Positions 1 through 10,208 are shown, counted from the first letter of the stretch. The stretch is DNA of 64,000 nucleotides from Gemmatimonadota bacterium (GCA_046758745.1 JBHIAV010000006.1:33608-97607), one strand, 5' to 3'. Notes: a model not told the origin generated them from the letters alone. Numbers and translations are program-made.

Positions 1-1
1 T

Positions 2-160
2 GTCATCGGTGTACACCTCCTTCCCGGTGGACATGGCGAGGCCGTCGGTGCGGCGGTTGCGCCGCCCCAGCACGCGGAACTCATCCGCGCCGAGCGCCTC
101 CAGCTCTTCGGGGGAGTCCGCGCTGGATCTCTGCAGGCGCTCGAGCTCCTCGGGCAGCAT
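2..160 (-). CDS. Xanthine dehydrogenase/CO dehydrogenase family molybdopterin-binding subunit, N-terminal part (runs off window)
   Basis: ATG at 160 reads MLPEELERLQRSSADSPEELEALGADEFRVLGRRNRRTDGLAMSTGKEVYTDD; the 'V(L/I)G..R.DG....TG...Y.DD' pattern is typical of the large-subunit N-terminus; directly follows the 2Fe-2S subunit. Confidence 0.8.
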   Translation of the reverse strand, partial: MLPEELERLQRSSADSPEELEALGADEFRVLGRRNRRTDGLAMSTGKEVYTDD

Positions 161-164
161 GGCT

Positions 165-707
165 TCAGGCCTCCCCCGGCGCCGGTACCCGAGCCGGCGA
201 CGGGTGCGGTGATGCGAGCAGCTCCGCCGGAGCTCGGCCGCTCCGAAGCGCCTCGGCCGCCAGCTCCACCGCCTCGAAGATCTTCGTGTAGCCGGTGCAC
301 CGGCACAGGTTGCCGGACAGGGCCTCCATGATCTCCTTCCTGGTAGGCGAGCTGTTCTCCGCGAGGAGTCCGAAAGCACTGCACAGAATGCCGGGGGTGC
401 AGAAGCCGCACTGCGCCGCGCCGGTCAGGTCGAAGGCATCCTGCAGCGGGTGGGGCCGAGCGCCCTGCGCGATCCCCTCCACGGTGGTGACCTCGTGGCC
501 CATCGCCTCGTACACGGGAAGGATGCACGACAGCACGGCCTTCCCGTCGAGCAGCACCGTGCAGGCGCCGCAGTCGCCCTTGTCGCACCCCTGCTTCGAG
601 CCTGTCAGGCCGAGACCATAGCGGAGCGTCTCGAGGAGCGTGAAGTGGGTCGGGACGCCGACCTCGACAGCGTCACCGTTGACCCGGAGATTGATTACGT
701 CCTTCAT
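165..707 (-). CDS. (2Fe-2S)-binding small subunit of molybdo-hydroxylase (CoxS/XdhC/HcrC family)
   Basis: GSKQGCDKGDCGACTV, QCGFCTPG and NLCRCTGY cluster motifs. Confidence 0.95.
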   Translation of the reverse strand: MKDVINLRVNGDAVEVGVPTHFTLLETLRYGLGLTGSKQGCDKGDCGACTVLLDGKAVLSCILPVYEAMGHEVTTVEGIAQGARPHPLQDAFDLTGAAQCGFCTPGILCSAFGLLAENSSPTRKEIMEALSGNLCRCTGYTKIFEAVELAAEALRSGRAPAELLASPHPSPARVPAPGEA

Positions 708-846
708 GGCTGGGTAGTACCCCGCGTTTGTCGGGGTCGTTCGAGCTTCACGAAACCGTGACCGGGCGAGTGCCGGATCGATGGGCGCCGCTTCCGGCGC
801 GGACGGGCCGTCCCGAGCCCCGGGCGGACGGCCCCGTTCCTGCGGG

Positions 847-876
847 ACGTTAGACGCGCCGTGCAGGTCGGGTCAA
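847..876 (-). promoter_or_regulatory. Putative sigma-70 promoter for the 2Fe-2S/Mo operon
   Basis: Minus strand TTGACC-18 nt-TAACGT. Confidence 0.4.
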
Positions 877-976
877 GCGCGAGGCACCCCGCACGGGAGA
901 TGGGGGTACGCAGGCGGACGCTCGGCCTTCGGGCCGCAAGCTGGAAGCCCGGTCGGCCGGCGCCGGACACCCGGTC

Positions 977-2437
977 GTGGTTGCCGGAGAGATGAACCGG
1001 AGGAGCCGAATGCCACGCGGAGCACTCCTCTCCTTCTGCTTCGCTGCATCGCTGATCGCCGCCGCGCCCGTCCCGGCGGCCCAGGCTGCCGTGCAGGCAG
1101 CCGATCGAGGGCCCGCGAGGATCGCCATAGACCGGTGGCTCGTCTCGGGGGCTTTCGAAGCCGACACCGGTCCGTCTCCCCTGTCGGTGGACTACCTCAG
1201 GGGAGGCGAGCCGGACATCCTACCGGACAGGGGACGCGAGGCCGGGTCGACCCGGTGGACGCTCGTCCGGCAGGACTCGGCCGACCTCTTCTCCCTCGAC
1301 TCGATCCTCGGCGAGCGGCCGGCGCGCGCCGTCGCTTACGCGCACGCCTATCTCCGCTCGCCCTCCGAACGGACCGTCCGCCTCCTCCCGCGGGGGCCGG
1401 ACTGCGGCGATGTGGATGTCCGACTGAACGGACAGCCGCTCGGCGAGGCCCGCTCCTCCGCAGACACGATCGACGTGAGGCTGGCCTTCGGATGGAACAC
1501 CCTTCTCCTCGAGGTTCTGGGCGGCGACTGCGCCTACACCTTCGGGGCCCGGCTCCTGGCGGGGATCGACGGCCTCGACGAAGTTCGGGTCCAGGCCTCG
1601 CGTCCGCCCGGCGACGCACGGGCCTTTCCGGCGCCATCCCTGACGGTCCCTCCGCTCCTGGAGATAGAGCCGTCGCTCGCCTGGCAGGCCGACGAGCTGC
1701 TCGCGAGGCTCGCCCTCCCGCTCACCGCTTGGGGGAGCGGCCCGATCGACAGCGTGCGCATCCGATTCCGTTTGGGAGGTACCGACGAGAGATCGGTCGC
1801 CCGGGACCTCCGGCCGGCGACCGTGACCAGCCTGGCCTTCATTCTCCCCTTCGACGCCCTTCGGAAGGGGGCCCTCCAGGCGGAGGCCGTTCGACTCGAC
1901 CTCCGCTGGGGGCGTGACAAGGCCGAGCCGAGCGTCTCCATCGCCCCCGAATCGCTCCTGCGAACGGTTCACGCGCCGATCCGACTCGTCGGCTGGGGAC
2001 CGGGGGCGGTGGAGACGGCAGCGCGGAGCAGCGAAGCACCGGGCGACCCACCCCTCCCCACCGGAAGCGGGGTCGCCGTCGGCGGAAAGTGGAAGGTGCC
2101 GCGAGAGCTGGCGGGGTTCACCCTGCTTCTGGACGCCGGAGGCGCTCCCGGCTCCTACCGGCTCGGAAGCGGGCAGTCCGTCACGCCGGACACGCTCCTC
2201 ACGCTGTGCCGCGGGTGCCGCCGCGGCCAGGAGATCTCCATCCACGCGACCTCGTCCGCGGCCTGGAGCTCATACCCGACCGTGCGGGTCGCCGAGCCGG
2301 GGTACCCCGCCGCGGCCGACGCGGCCGAAGCGCCGGACGCGCAGACATGGCTTCGGGCGCTCGGCGAGAAGAGAAACGAGCGCTACCTCGAGCTCTCCGC
2401 CCGCTTCGGGAGAGAGACCGCGGCGGAGGGAGGATGA
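977..2437 (+). CDS. Secreted hypothetical protein (beta-sandwich-like domains); true start may be ATG 992 or 1010
   Basis: Long ORF with signal peptide (LLSFCFAASLIAAAPVPAAQA); 'AVAYAHAYLRSP...VRLNG...LAFGWNTLLLEV' segment; stop overlaps next ATG (ATGA 2434-2437). Confidence 0.75.
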   Translation: MVAGEMNRRSRMPRGALLSFCFAASLIAAAPVPAAQAAVQAADRGPARIAIDRWLVSGAFEADTGPSPLSVDYLRGGEPDILPDRGREAGSTRWTLVRQDSADLFSLDSILGERPARAVAYAHAYLRSPSERTVRLLPRGPDCGDVDVRLNGQPLGEARSSADTIDVRLAFGWNTLLLEVLGGDCAYTFGARLLAGIDGLDEVRVQASRPPGDARAFPAPSLTVPPLLEIEPSLAWQADELLARLALPLTAWGSGPIDSVRIRFRLGGTDERSVARDLRPATVTSLAFILPFDALRKGALQAEAVRLDLRWGRDKAEPSVSIAPESLLRTVHAPIRLVGWGPGAVETAARSSEAPGDPPLPTGSGVAVGGKWKVPRELAGFTLLLDAGGAPGSYRLGSGQSVTPDTLLTLCRGCRRGQEISIHATSSAAWSSYPTVRVAEPGYPAAADAAEAPDAQTWLRALGEKRNERYLELSARFGRETAAEGG

Positions 2438-3492
2438 TGAGGGGGGGCCGAGCGGTCTGGCGCGCGGCGTCGATCTCCCTCCGACCGACCCTCTCGAGGG
2501 CCTGTCTCTCGCCGGGCCCGCGCCCGGCGGCACTCTCCTCTCTCCTCGCCGTCTCCCTGGCGGCGTTCGGCGGCGGGTGCAGCGGCGGCGCGGTGCAGGT
2601 ACCGCCCCGCGATAGCGGCTGCGGGGATGCGCGGCGGTTGGCCGCACTCCCGCCGGAGCTCAAGGAGGCCTCCGGGATGATCCGAGACCCGCGACGCGAA
2701 GACCTCTTCTGGCTGCACAACGACAGCGACAACGACCCGGCCCTGTACCTCGTCGACGTGGAAGGACACCTCGTGATGTCCGTCGAGGTCAGCGGCGGCA
2801 CGAACGAGGATCCCGAGGATCTCGCGCTGGCCGAGTGCGGCGATCGCTGGTGCCTCTACCTCGGCGACATCGGCGACAACTTCGGGCGGCGGCGTGAGAT
2901 CTTCGTCCACCGCATCCTCCTCCCGCCCCTTCCGACGGAGGCCGGAAGGCGGGGGGGATCGTCGCCATCGAGCTACGGAGTCGGCTCGGTGCCCCGCGGC
3001 GAGGTCGCCGTGGAGCGCAGCTTCCGCCTCCGGTACCCGGACGGTCCACGGGACGCCGAATCGATGATCATCGACGAGCGTACGGGCCAGCTGATCCTCA
3101 TCTCGAAAGGGCGGGAGGGGAGGGTGTCGATGTACGCGGCACGGCTGGACGCCGAAGGGGAGGAACCGATAACCCTGCGGCGGATCGGTTCCCTGCGCAT
3201 CCCCATCGGCCGCAGCACGAGCCAGTACCTGACGGCGGCGGATCTGTCGGCGGACGGGCGGCAGCTGGCGGTGCGCAGCTACACGACGATCTTCCTCTTC
3301 CGGTGGCCGGGTCTGAGCGCGTTCGACACGACCGCCGTACCGGCGGCCGTCTCCCTCGCCGCTGCGGCCGAGCCCCAGGGCGAGGGGCTCACCTTCGCGG
3401 CCGACTACGGCCTCATCTATCTGGCGAGCGAGGGCCGGCTCGGGCGGCCGCAGCAGCTCAGCGTGGTGAGCTGCCCGGCGCGTCGTCCCTGA
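2434..3492 (+). CDS. Exported (probable lipoprotein) beta-propeller protein, SdiA-regulated/phytase-like
   Basis: ATG 2434 overlaps the upstream stop; EASG, WLHNDS, EDPEDLA, YLGDIGDN, DAES, TAAD, QGEGLTF repeats; lipobox-like FGGGC. Confidence 0.75.
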   Translation: MMRGGRAVWRAASISLRPTLSRACLSPGPRPAALSSLLAVSLAAFGGGCSGGAVQVPPRDSGCGDARRLAALPPELKEASGMIRDPRREDLFWLHNDSDNDPALYLVDVEGHLVMSVEVSGGTNEDPEDLALAECGDRWCLYLGDIGDNFGRRREIFVHRILLPPLPTEAGRRGGSSPSSYGVGSVPRGEVAVERSFRLRYPDGPRDAESMIIDERTGQLILISKGREGRVSMYAARLDAEGEEPITLRRIGSLRIPIGRSTSQYLTAADLSADGRQLAVRSYTTIFLFRWPGLSAFDTTAVPAAVSLAAAAEPQGEGLTFAADYGLIYLASEGRLGRPQQLSVVSCPARRP

Positions 3493-3495
3493 TCC

Positions 3496-3966
3496 TCAGC
3501 CGAACAACGTCGTCTGGTCGTCGCCCGGCTCGGAGACGCCGCGCTCCTCGCTCCCGACACCCTCCTCTCCCGGCGGGGAGCTGCCGCGGCCCCCGCTCCG
3601 AGCGTCCTCGCCGCCGGAGTCGGAGGCGCCGGCGCCGGTCGGGTCCGGCGTGGGGCCCGCCGGGGACTCGGACGCCCGGTTCGCTGCCTCGGGCGGCCGG
3701 TCCGCTGCCGCGGGTGACGAGGGGGCGGAAACGGACGCTCCGGACCCGCGCGGGCCCGGCGGCGGCGGGGTCGGCGGCGGAGGGGAGCTCCCGAGACGCT
3801 CCGCCTCCTCCAGCTCGCGCTGGATCTCGTTCAGGCTGCGCCGGAACTCCCGCATCGCCCGGCCGAGGGAACGGGCGATCTCGGGAAGCCGCCGGGGCCC
3901 GAAGAATATGAGGATGATGACGGCGATCACGAGCATCTCGGAAAGCCCGAGGGTCCCGATACCCAT
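3496..3966 (-). CDS. tatA: Twin-arginine translocase TatA/TatE(TatB)-family subunit
   Basis: GLSEMLVIAVIILIFFGPRRLPEIARSLGRAMREFRR: TM helix, hinge and amphipathic helix, then a long disordered Pro/Ser tail. Confidence 0.85.
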   Translation of the reverse strand: MGIGTLGLSEMLVIAVIILIFFGPRRLPEIARSLGRAMREFRRSLNEIQRELEEAERLGSSPPPPTPPPPGPRGSGASVSAPSSPAAADRPPEAANRASESPAGPTPDPTGAGASDSGGEDARSGGRGSSPPGEEGVGSEERGVSEPGDDQTTLFG

Positions 3967-4039
3967 CAGCCACTTCCCGCGGAAGGCGAGCCCACCTGAT
4001 CCGCGGTTGCAACGGGGACGGCAACCGGCCGGGAACCGG

Positions 4040-4588
4040 TCAGCCGGTGAGGGCCCGCAACACCTCCTCGCCGTAGAACATGCGGATGTACTTCGCCTGG
4101 ATCGGCGTGATGCGCCGCACCGCCCACACGAGCTCGACGTCGTTCGGCGCTCGAGGCATGGCGATCGGGCGCATGCCGCTCTCCTCGGGAAGGCGGCTGC
4201 CCTTCCGGAGATTGCACTTGCTGCATGCGGTGACGACGTTCAACCATCCGTTGTCGCCGCCCTGAGAGAGCGGCACGATGTGGTCGCGGGTGAGGGATTC
4301 CCGGTAACCGAGCTGACGCCGGTGCCGCCCGCAGTACTGGCATCGGTACCCATCGCGCGCGAACAGGAAGGTGTTGGTCACCTGCCGGCGGAATCTCCGC
4401 GGCACGTGGATGTAGCGGACCAGGCGGATGACGACGGGTGCGGCGAAGTGACACCACTCGGAGCGGAAAGGCCGATCGGCGTCGACCTCCAGCGCCTCCG
4501 CCTTTCGGTCTATCACCAGCCTGAGAGCGCGGCGGACCGGAATGATGGTGAGCGGCTCGTACGACGCGTTGAGCGCGAGACACCCCAT
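4040..4588 (-). CDS. HNH endonuclease family protein
   Basis: LALNASYEPL N-terminus; LFARDGYRCQYCG...LTRDHIVPLSQGG...WLNVVTACSKCNLRKG; SD AGGAGG at 4600-4605 supports the ATG 4588 start. Confidence 0.92.
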   Translation of the reverse strand: MGCLALNASYEPLTIIPVRRALRLVIDRKAEALEVDADRPFRSEWCHFAAPVVIRLVRYIHVPRRFRRQVTNTFLFARDGYRCQYCGRHRRQLGYRESLTRDHIVPLSQGGDNGWLNVVTACSKCNLRKGSRLPEESGMRPIAMPRAPNDVELVWAVRRITPIQAKYIRMFYGEEVLRALTG

Positions 4589-4613
4589 GTAACGTCCCAC
4601 CTCCTGTTCCGAG

Positions 4614-7247
4614 GTGGAGTCTAGGGCGCTTCGGCGCGCAAAGTCAAGCATGTCAGGGAATAGCGGCATCCAGACTCAGGTCGGACAGGACACCGCGGCT
4701 GCGGCACGGACCGGCCGGCAGCGTGTCGCCCAGGGTGGGCTAACGTCTGGCGCCGCAGAGCTTTACTGCCACGTCGCGCTGCCGCGGCCCGTGCGGCAGA
4801 CGTTCGCCTACCGGCTCCCGCCCGCCCTGGCCGCATCTGCCCGTCCCGGGATGCGCGTGGTCGTGCCGTTCGGCCACGGACGGCTCGTCGGATGCATCGA
4901 CCGCCTCGCGGATCGGCCGGGACGAGGGGAGACGCGGGACGTGCTGGATCTCCTGGACCCGGAGCCGATTCTCTCCGAGCCGCTGCTCGAGCTGTGCCGG
5001 TGGTTGGCCGACTACTACGTGGCTCCCCCCGGCATGGTCCTGCGGGCAGCTCTTCCCCCGGGCCTGTTCAGCGAGTCGGCGCTCCGAATCGAGCTGCTCG
5101 ACCGGCCCGCCCGCCCGGAGAACCTCACGACGACCGAGGGCCGGATCCTCGAGCGTCTTGAGCGGGCCGCCGGCCCCCTGCGCGCTGCCACACTCCGCCG
5201 GGAGCTCGGACTCACGGCGATCGGCCCGACGCTGCGCAAGATGGTGGAGCGCGGCCTCATCTCGGTCGACGAGGAGCCGCCCCAGCCCGAAGCCCGCCCG
5301 CTGCGACGACAGGTGGTGCGTCTCACCCGTTCCCTGCCGACCCTCCTGGCGCGTGAGAAGGCCTTCGGAAGGGCGAGGCGGCAGCGAGACGCATACGAGA
5401 CGCTGGAGGCCCTGGGTGGGGAATCCACCGTCTCGCACATGGAGCGGCAGCTCGGCTTCAGCCGAGCCGTGCTCGCTGGTCTGGTCGAGCGGGGGGTGGC
5501 GGAGCTCAGGGAAGAGACCGTGGGCCGCGACCCTTTCGCCGAAGGCGCGCCTTCGATGGAGCCGGGGCCGGCGCCGATCCCGACGCCACGACAGGCCGAG
5601 GTGACCCTCGCCCTGCGCGAACAGGCGGACTCGAGCGACCCTGGCGTGGCGCTGCTCAGAGGGGTTACGGGGTCGGGGAAGACCCTCGTTTACCTGGAGC
5701 TGCTCGATGGCCTGCTGGAGTGCGGCCGCTCGGCGATCGTCCTCGTGCCGGAGATCTCGCTCACACCACAGACGGTGAGCCGATTCCGGGCTCGGTTCGG
5801 GGAGGCGGCCGCGCTCCTCCACTCCGGCCTCTCGGACGGCGAGCGGTACGATGAATGGAGGGCGTTGCGCTCGGGGCGAAAGCGGCTCGTCGTCGGAACG
5901 CGCTCCGCCGTCTTCGCGCCGGTCCGCGAGCTCGGCGCGATCATCCTCGACGAGGAGCACGACGGGAGCTACAAGCAGTCGGAGACCCCGCGCTACCACG
6001 CACGCGCGGTCGCGGCCATGCGGTGCCGCCTGGAAGGGGCGCTGTGTCTCCTCGGCTCGGCGACTCCATCGCTCGAGAGCTGGGCCCACTCGCTGGCCGG
6101 TCGCTACCGGCTGTACGAGCTGCCCGACCGCGTCACCGGCCAACCGTTGCCGCGGGTGGAGCTGGTGGACATGAGAGACGAGCGGGAGGCCCTCGCCGCC
6201 GGAGCGCCCGGCGGAGGAGTCACGGAGGGGGCGACCGCCTTCCCCGTCGTTCTCTCCGCACGTCTCCGGAGCGCCCTCGCCGCACGGCTGGCGCGAGGAG
6301 AGCAGACGATCCTCCTCCTCAACCGTCGCGGCTTTTCCACCTTTCTCCAGTGCCCGGCGTGCGGGAAGGTGTGGAGCTGCCGGAGGTGCAACGTGTCGCT
6401 CACGCACCACCGCCGGCCCCCGCGGCTCCTGTGCCACCACTGTGCCTTCGAGACGGCCGTTCCCGAGCGCTGCGACGAATGCGGCGCCGAGGACGTCTCG
6501 TTCACCGGCCTCGGGACCGAGCAGGTGGAGGCGCGGATCGGCGAAGAGTTCCCCGACGCCCGCGTGGCGCGGATGGACGTGGACACGACGCGGCGCAAGG
6601 ACTCGCACCGGATGATCCTGGAGCGGGTGCGGCAAGGAAAGATCGACATCCTTCTCGGCACCCAGATGATCGCGAAAGGCCTCGACTTCCCCGAGGTCAC
6701 GCTGGTGGGCGTGATCAACGCGGACGTCGGCCTGAACCTGCCGGACTTTCGCGCCAGCGAGCGGACCTTCCAGCTCCTCGCTCAGGTGGCCGGGCGGGCG
6801 GGACGCGGGCGTGAGCCCGGCGAGGTGCTGGTGCAGACGTCCCGTCCCGGGCACGCGGCCCTGCGCACGGCCGCCGCGCAGGACTTCGTCGGTTTCGCCG
6901 AGCTCGAGCTCGCGGAGCGACGGGAGGCCGGCTATCCCCCTTACCGGCGGCTCGCCAACCTCGTGGTCAGCGGCAGGAGCGAAGAGGCGGTGGCGGAAGC
7001 GGCGCTGCGCGCCGCCGACTGGACACACGGGCTCATCGAGGACCGCCGGCTCGTGGGGATCGACCTGCTGGGCCCGGCGCCCTGCCCGATCGACCGTCTG
7101 CGGGGCCGCTACCGGTGGCACTTCCTCCTCAAGGCCGACAGAGCGGCCGTTCTCGGCACGGTGCTCCGCTACCTCGCACGGGAGTTGGGGCGGCCGGTGG
7201 GCGGCCTGCGGCTCGAGATAGACCGAGATCCCGAAGCGCTGCTGTAG
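4614..7247 (+). CDS. priA: Primosomal protein N' (replication restart helicase); real start probably somewhat downstream of 4614
   Basis: GVTGSGKT Walker A, DEEHD, two CxxC pairs, GTQMIAKGLDFP, QVAGRAGR. Confidence 0.97.
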   Translation: MESRALRRAKSSMSGNSGIQTQVGQDTAAAARTGRQRVAQGGLTSGAAELYCHVALPRPVRQTFAYRLPPALAASARPGMRVVVPFGHGRLVGCIDRLADRPGRGETRDVLDLLDPEPILSEPLLELCRWLADYYVAPPGMVLRAALPPGLFSESALRIELLDRPARPENLTTTEGRILERLERAAGPLRAATLRRELGLTAIGPTLRKMVERGLISVDEEPPQPEARPLRRQVVRLTRSLPTLLAREKAFGRARRQRDAYETLEALGGESTVSHMERQLGFSRAVLAGLVERGVAELREETVGRDPFAEGAPSMEPGPAPIPTPRQAEVTLALREQADSSDPGVALLRGVTGSGKTLVYLELLDGLLECGRSAIVLVPEISLTPQTVSRFRARFGEAAALLHSGLSDGERYDEWRALRSGRKRLVVGTRSAVFAPVRELGAIILDEEHDGSYKQSETPRYHARAVAAMRCRLEGALCLLGSATPSLESWAHSLAGRYRLYELPDRVTGQPLPRVELVDMRDEREALAAGAPGGGVTEGATAFPVVLSARLRSALAARLARGEQTILLLNRRGFSTFLQCPACGKVWSCRRCNVSLTHHRRPPRLLCHHCAFETAVPERCDECGAEDVSFTGLGTEQVEARIGEEFPDARVARMDVDTTRRKDSHRMILERVRQGKIDILLGTQMIAKGLDFPEVTLVGVINADVGLNLPDFRASERTFQLLAQVAGRAGRGREPGEVLVQTSRPGHAALRTAAAQDFVGFAELELAERREAGYPPYRRLANLVVSGRSEEAVAEAALRAADWTHGLIEDRRLVGIDLLGPAPCPIDRLRGRYRWHFLLKADRAAVLGTVLRYLARELGRPVGGLRLEIDRDPEALL
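4618..4647 (-). promoter_or_regulatory. Putative sigma-70 promoter for the HNH gene
   Basis: Minus strand TTGACT-18 nt-TAGACT just upstream of the SD. Confidence 0.6.
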
Positions 7248-7283
7248 GCCGGGCGGTCCCCGGCCGCCCTCGAGGCGCTCCCG

Positions 7284-8312
7284 TCAAGCCGCTGGCAGCT
7301 CCACCCCGAGCCCCGGCCGGTCGTTAAGCACGATCCGACCGGCGGCGTCGATGCCGGGCCCGCGGAAAGGATCGTCCTTGAGCAGCGCAGCGCCATCCAG
7401 ATCTACATAGTCCATGAGCGGAGCGAGGTGCGCCGCCGGTGCGATCCCCAAGGTGCTCTCGAGCATGCAACCCATCATGACTCGCAGGCCACACGCCCGC
7501 GCCGTGTGGATCATGCGGAGCGCCTCCCTCGGTCCCCCACACTTAGCCAGCTTGATGTTGATCCCGTCCGTGAGGCCCACGAGCCGCGGGATGTCGCGCG
7601 CGACCATGCAGGACTCGTCGAGGATGATCGGCAGAGCCGACCGCTCACGCAGGAAGCGCAGCCCCTCCACGTCGTCCGGCGGGAGGGGTTGCTCCACGAA
7701 CTCCACTTCGTAGTCGACCGCCATCGCGATGCGATCCACCGCCTGGCGCGGCGTCCACGCCGCGTTGGCATCCACTCGCAGCCTCTTCCCGGGCGCCGCG
7801 CCCCGAACGGCGGCCAACATCTCCTCATCCCGATCCGTACCCAATTTAATCTTCAGGATCGGGTAGCTGTCCGCCTCGCGAGCCTTGCGCGCCATCGCCT
7901 CCGGTTCATCGATTCCAATGGTAAACGAGCTGAAGGGCGACTGCGCCGGATCGAGCCCCCACAGCCGCCATAGCGGCCGGCCGAGCCGCTTTCCCACGAG
8001 GTCATGAAGTGCCGCGGAGACCGCGGCGTGGGCGGAGCCGTTACCCCCGAGGGCGGACCGCAGCTCCCGCTCGAGCACGTCGAGCCCTTCCGGATCGATC
8101 GCGCGCTCCACTACGGGCCGGAGTGTCTCCAGGGCCGCCTGCACGGTGGCCGCCGTCTCTCCGTAGTAGCCGGAAGGATCCGCCTCTCCCCACCCCTCGA
8201 TCCCGTCCGTCTCGATACGAACCCACACGAGCGTCTCCCGGGTCCGCGTCGAACGGCTGATCTCGAACGGATGCCTCGGCTCGACCTCGAACGTCTCCCA
8301 CCGGATCTTCAC
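7284..8312 (-). CDS. Dipeptide epimerase (L-Ala-D/L-Glu epimerase, enolase superfamily)
   Basis: LKIKLG, RVDANAAW, EQP, LDESC, NIKLAKCGG, DLDG; GTG start overlaps the upstream stop (GTGA 8309-8312). Confidence 0.9.
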   Translation of the reverse strand: MKIRWETFEVEPRHPFEISRSTRTRETLVWVRIETDGIEGWGEADPSGYYGETAATVQAALETLRPVVERAIDPEGLDVLERELRSALGGNGSAHAAVSAALHDLVGKRLGRPLWRLWGLDPAQSPFSSFTIGIDEPEAMARKAREADSYPILKIKLGTDRDEEMLAAVRGAAPGKRLRVDANAAWTPRQAVDRIAMAVDYEVEFVEQPLPPDDVEGLRFLRERSALPIILDESCMVARDIPRLVGLTDGINIKLAKCGGPREALRMIHTARACGLRVMMGCMLESTLGIAPAAHLAPLMDYVDLDGAALLKDDPFRGPGIDAAGRIVLNDRPGLGVELPAA

Positions 8313-9019
8313 ACCGAGTCTCCACCCAGCCCGACCAGCCGCACGAAGTCGTACGCCGCCCACGGCCCCGTGATGTCCATCTTCACCGCTTCGTCGCGCG
8401 ATTCCCAATCGCCTACGTGCTCCACGAAGCGGATCCACTCGCTTCGCGAGATGAGGAAGGCCGCGCTGAGGAGCCGCGAGTCGGTCCCCTCGGCGAGGAT
8501 CCGGGCGGCGCGGGCATGACGACGCAGGTCCTCGTATACATGGCGGGCCATCCCGCGCGTGGCCTCCGACGGCGAGTCCGACACCACGCAGGAGATATGC
8601 AGCCGCAGCTCGTAACAGTCCTCGAAGAAGTCGAGCGCCTCGAGTAATGGTACGCGCTGCGTCTCCAGGAAGCGCCGCACGGCCGCCTCGTCGCGTGCTC
8701 GGAGGCCGAATGGCGCCGGCACGACGCTGCTCCGGCGCAGGAGGTGCGCCACGATCTCCGCGTGAGCGCGCACGGCGGCCGGGTCCATTTCGGCCGTACC
8801 GAACTCGGTCTCGGTCACGGCCGCCGCCAGCTCGCCGGCCTCCACGAGCCGGAAATGCCGGGAAGGCTGACGCAGGCGGATCGCGTCGAGCGCCTTGTCG
8901 GTCCGTCGGTTGCGCACCACCGCATGGACCGCCAGGCCTGCCGGGCGCTCGGCGCTCACAACGTCCGCATCCCTCGCGTCTCGCCCGTCCGCCTCCGTCC
9001 CCGCGCGTGCCTCACTCAT
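8309..9019 (-). CDS. GvpL/GvpF family protein
   Basis: H..IV......VVPAPFG, ELRL, LLSAAFLI and C-terminal TGPWAAYDFV motif of the GvpF/L family. Confidence 0.8.
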   Translation of the reverse strand: MSEARAGTEADGRDARDADVVSAERPAGLAVHAVVRNRRTDKALDAIRLRQPSRHFRLVEAGELAAAVTETEFGTAEMDPAAVRAHAEIVAHLLRRSSVVPAPFGLRARDEAAVRRFLETQRVPLLEALDFFEDCYELRLHISCVVSDSPSEATRGMARHVYEDLRRHARAARILAEGTDSRLLSAAFLISRSEWIRFVEHVGDWESRDEAVKMDITGPWAAYDFVRLVGLGGDSV

Positions 9020-10208
9020 CGACGAGCCATGGCTCCCGTTGGACGGAGGGGGTTGTAACTTCGGGGCCGTTCGCGCTCAGGTAGACGTTGATCTCCGAGC
9101 GAACTCCGAATCGACCATCCAGGTACACACCGGGCTCCACCGAGAAGCCGATGCCTCGTACGAGACGTCTATCCTCCCGCGTCTCCACACAGTCGAGGTT
9201 GGGGCCGAAACCGTGGTTCACACGATCCATGCCGTGCCCGGTGCGGTGCAGAATGTGTTCCCCATACCCGTGATCGGCGAGGATCTCGCGCGCCCGTCGG
9301 TCCACCTCCGCGCCCGTCGGGCCGGTCTGGCCGTCATACCGATCCGCGATGAACTCCACCGCTCCATCCCGGGCGCCCCGCACCGCTTCCCAGACCTCGA
9401 GGAAGGAGTCGGGCGTCTCCGCGCCGAGCACGCACATCCACGTCTGGTCCGCAAAAACCGCTTCGGGCAGGCCATCCGTGCGGCCCCACACGTCGATGAG
9501 GAGCACGGCTCCAGGGCGCAGGGCGGCGGAGCCGCCGGCCGGCGGCGCGTAGTGCGGCACCGCCGAGTTGGCTCCGGCGGCCACGATCACCCCCCCACCC
9601 GTCAGCCCGCGGCCTGTCATCTCCGCCTCGATCCAAGCGGAGAGGTCGTGCTCCGTCATGCGCTCTCCGTTCTTCACCGCCACCGCCGCACGAAGAAACG
9701 CGGAGCGGGCCGTCTCCGCCAGCACGGCACCGGCCTCCCTGTTGAGCCGGACCCCCTCCTCGCCCCATTGCGCATACGTGCGGGAGAGGAGATCGCCGGA
9801 GCTGACCACCCTCGCCCCGACGGCGGTGACCAGCTCGACCACGCCGGCCGGCACGTTGTCGACGAACGGGACCGCGTCTCGCTCGGACACCTCCATCGCC
9901 ACCGACGCGCAGCCGGCCAGTGCGCCCCGCAGCAGCGCTTCCAGCTCCTCCCACCCGACGTACGGGAGCAGCTCACCCTCCCACTCCTCCCAGTGCTGCA
10001 GCTCGATCCGGTGCGCCAGCGCCATCGGACGGTGGCCGGGTCGGATCAGCACGAACCAGCGGCGCGAGATCCCCTCCGGCAGACCGACGAGCTCGGCGGC
10101 CACGCGGTTGCGCGCCTCCAAGTCATACAGGAGCCAGCCGCCGATGCCGGCCCGCTCGAGCTCACGCTCCGCCCCGCTCAGAAAAGCCGCGTCGAGTTTG
10201 GCCTTCAC
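9012..10208 (-). CDS. Xaa-Pro aminopeptidase / M24 family metallopeptidase
   Basis: NSAVPHY, LLIDVW, ADQTW, HRTGHG, FSVEPGVY, GVRSE; GTG 10208 after purine-rich SD. Confidence 0.9.
   Translation of the reverse strand: MKAKLDAAFLSGAERELERAGIGGWLLYDLEARNRVAAELVGLPEGISRRWFVLIRPGHRPMALAHRIELQHWEEWEGELLPYVGWEELEALLRGALAGCASVAMEVSERDAVPFVDNVPAGVVELVTAVGARVVSSGDLLSRTYAQWGEEGVRLNREAGAVLAETARSAFLRAAVAVKNGERMTEHDLSAWIEAEMTGRGLTGGGVIVAAGANSAVPHYAPPAGGSAALRPGAVLLIDVWGRTDGLPEAVFADQTWMCVLGAETPDSFLEVWEAVRGARDGAVEFIADRYDGQTGPTGAEVDRRAREILADHGYGEHILHRTGHGMDRVNHGFGPNLDCVETREDRRLVRGIGFSVEPGVYLDGRFGVRSEINVYLSANGPEVTTPSVQREPWLVDE

Noticed and set aside
4040-4588. HNH nuclease as a mobile element or defence system
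   Set aside because: No intron, IS ends, methylase or compositional shift; looks like the common chromosomal stand-alone HNH family
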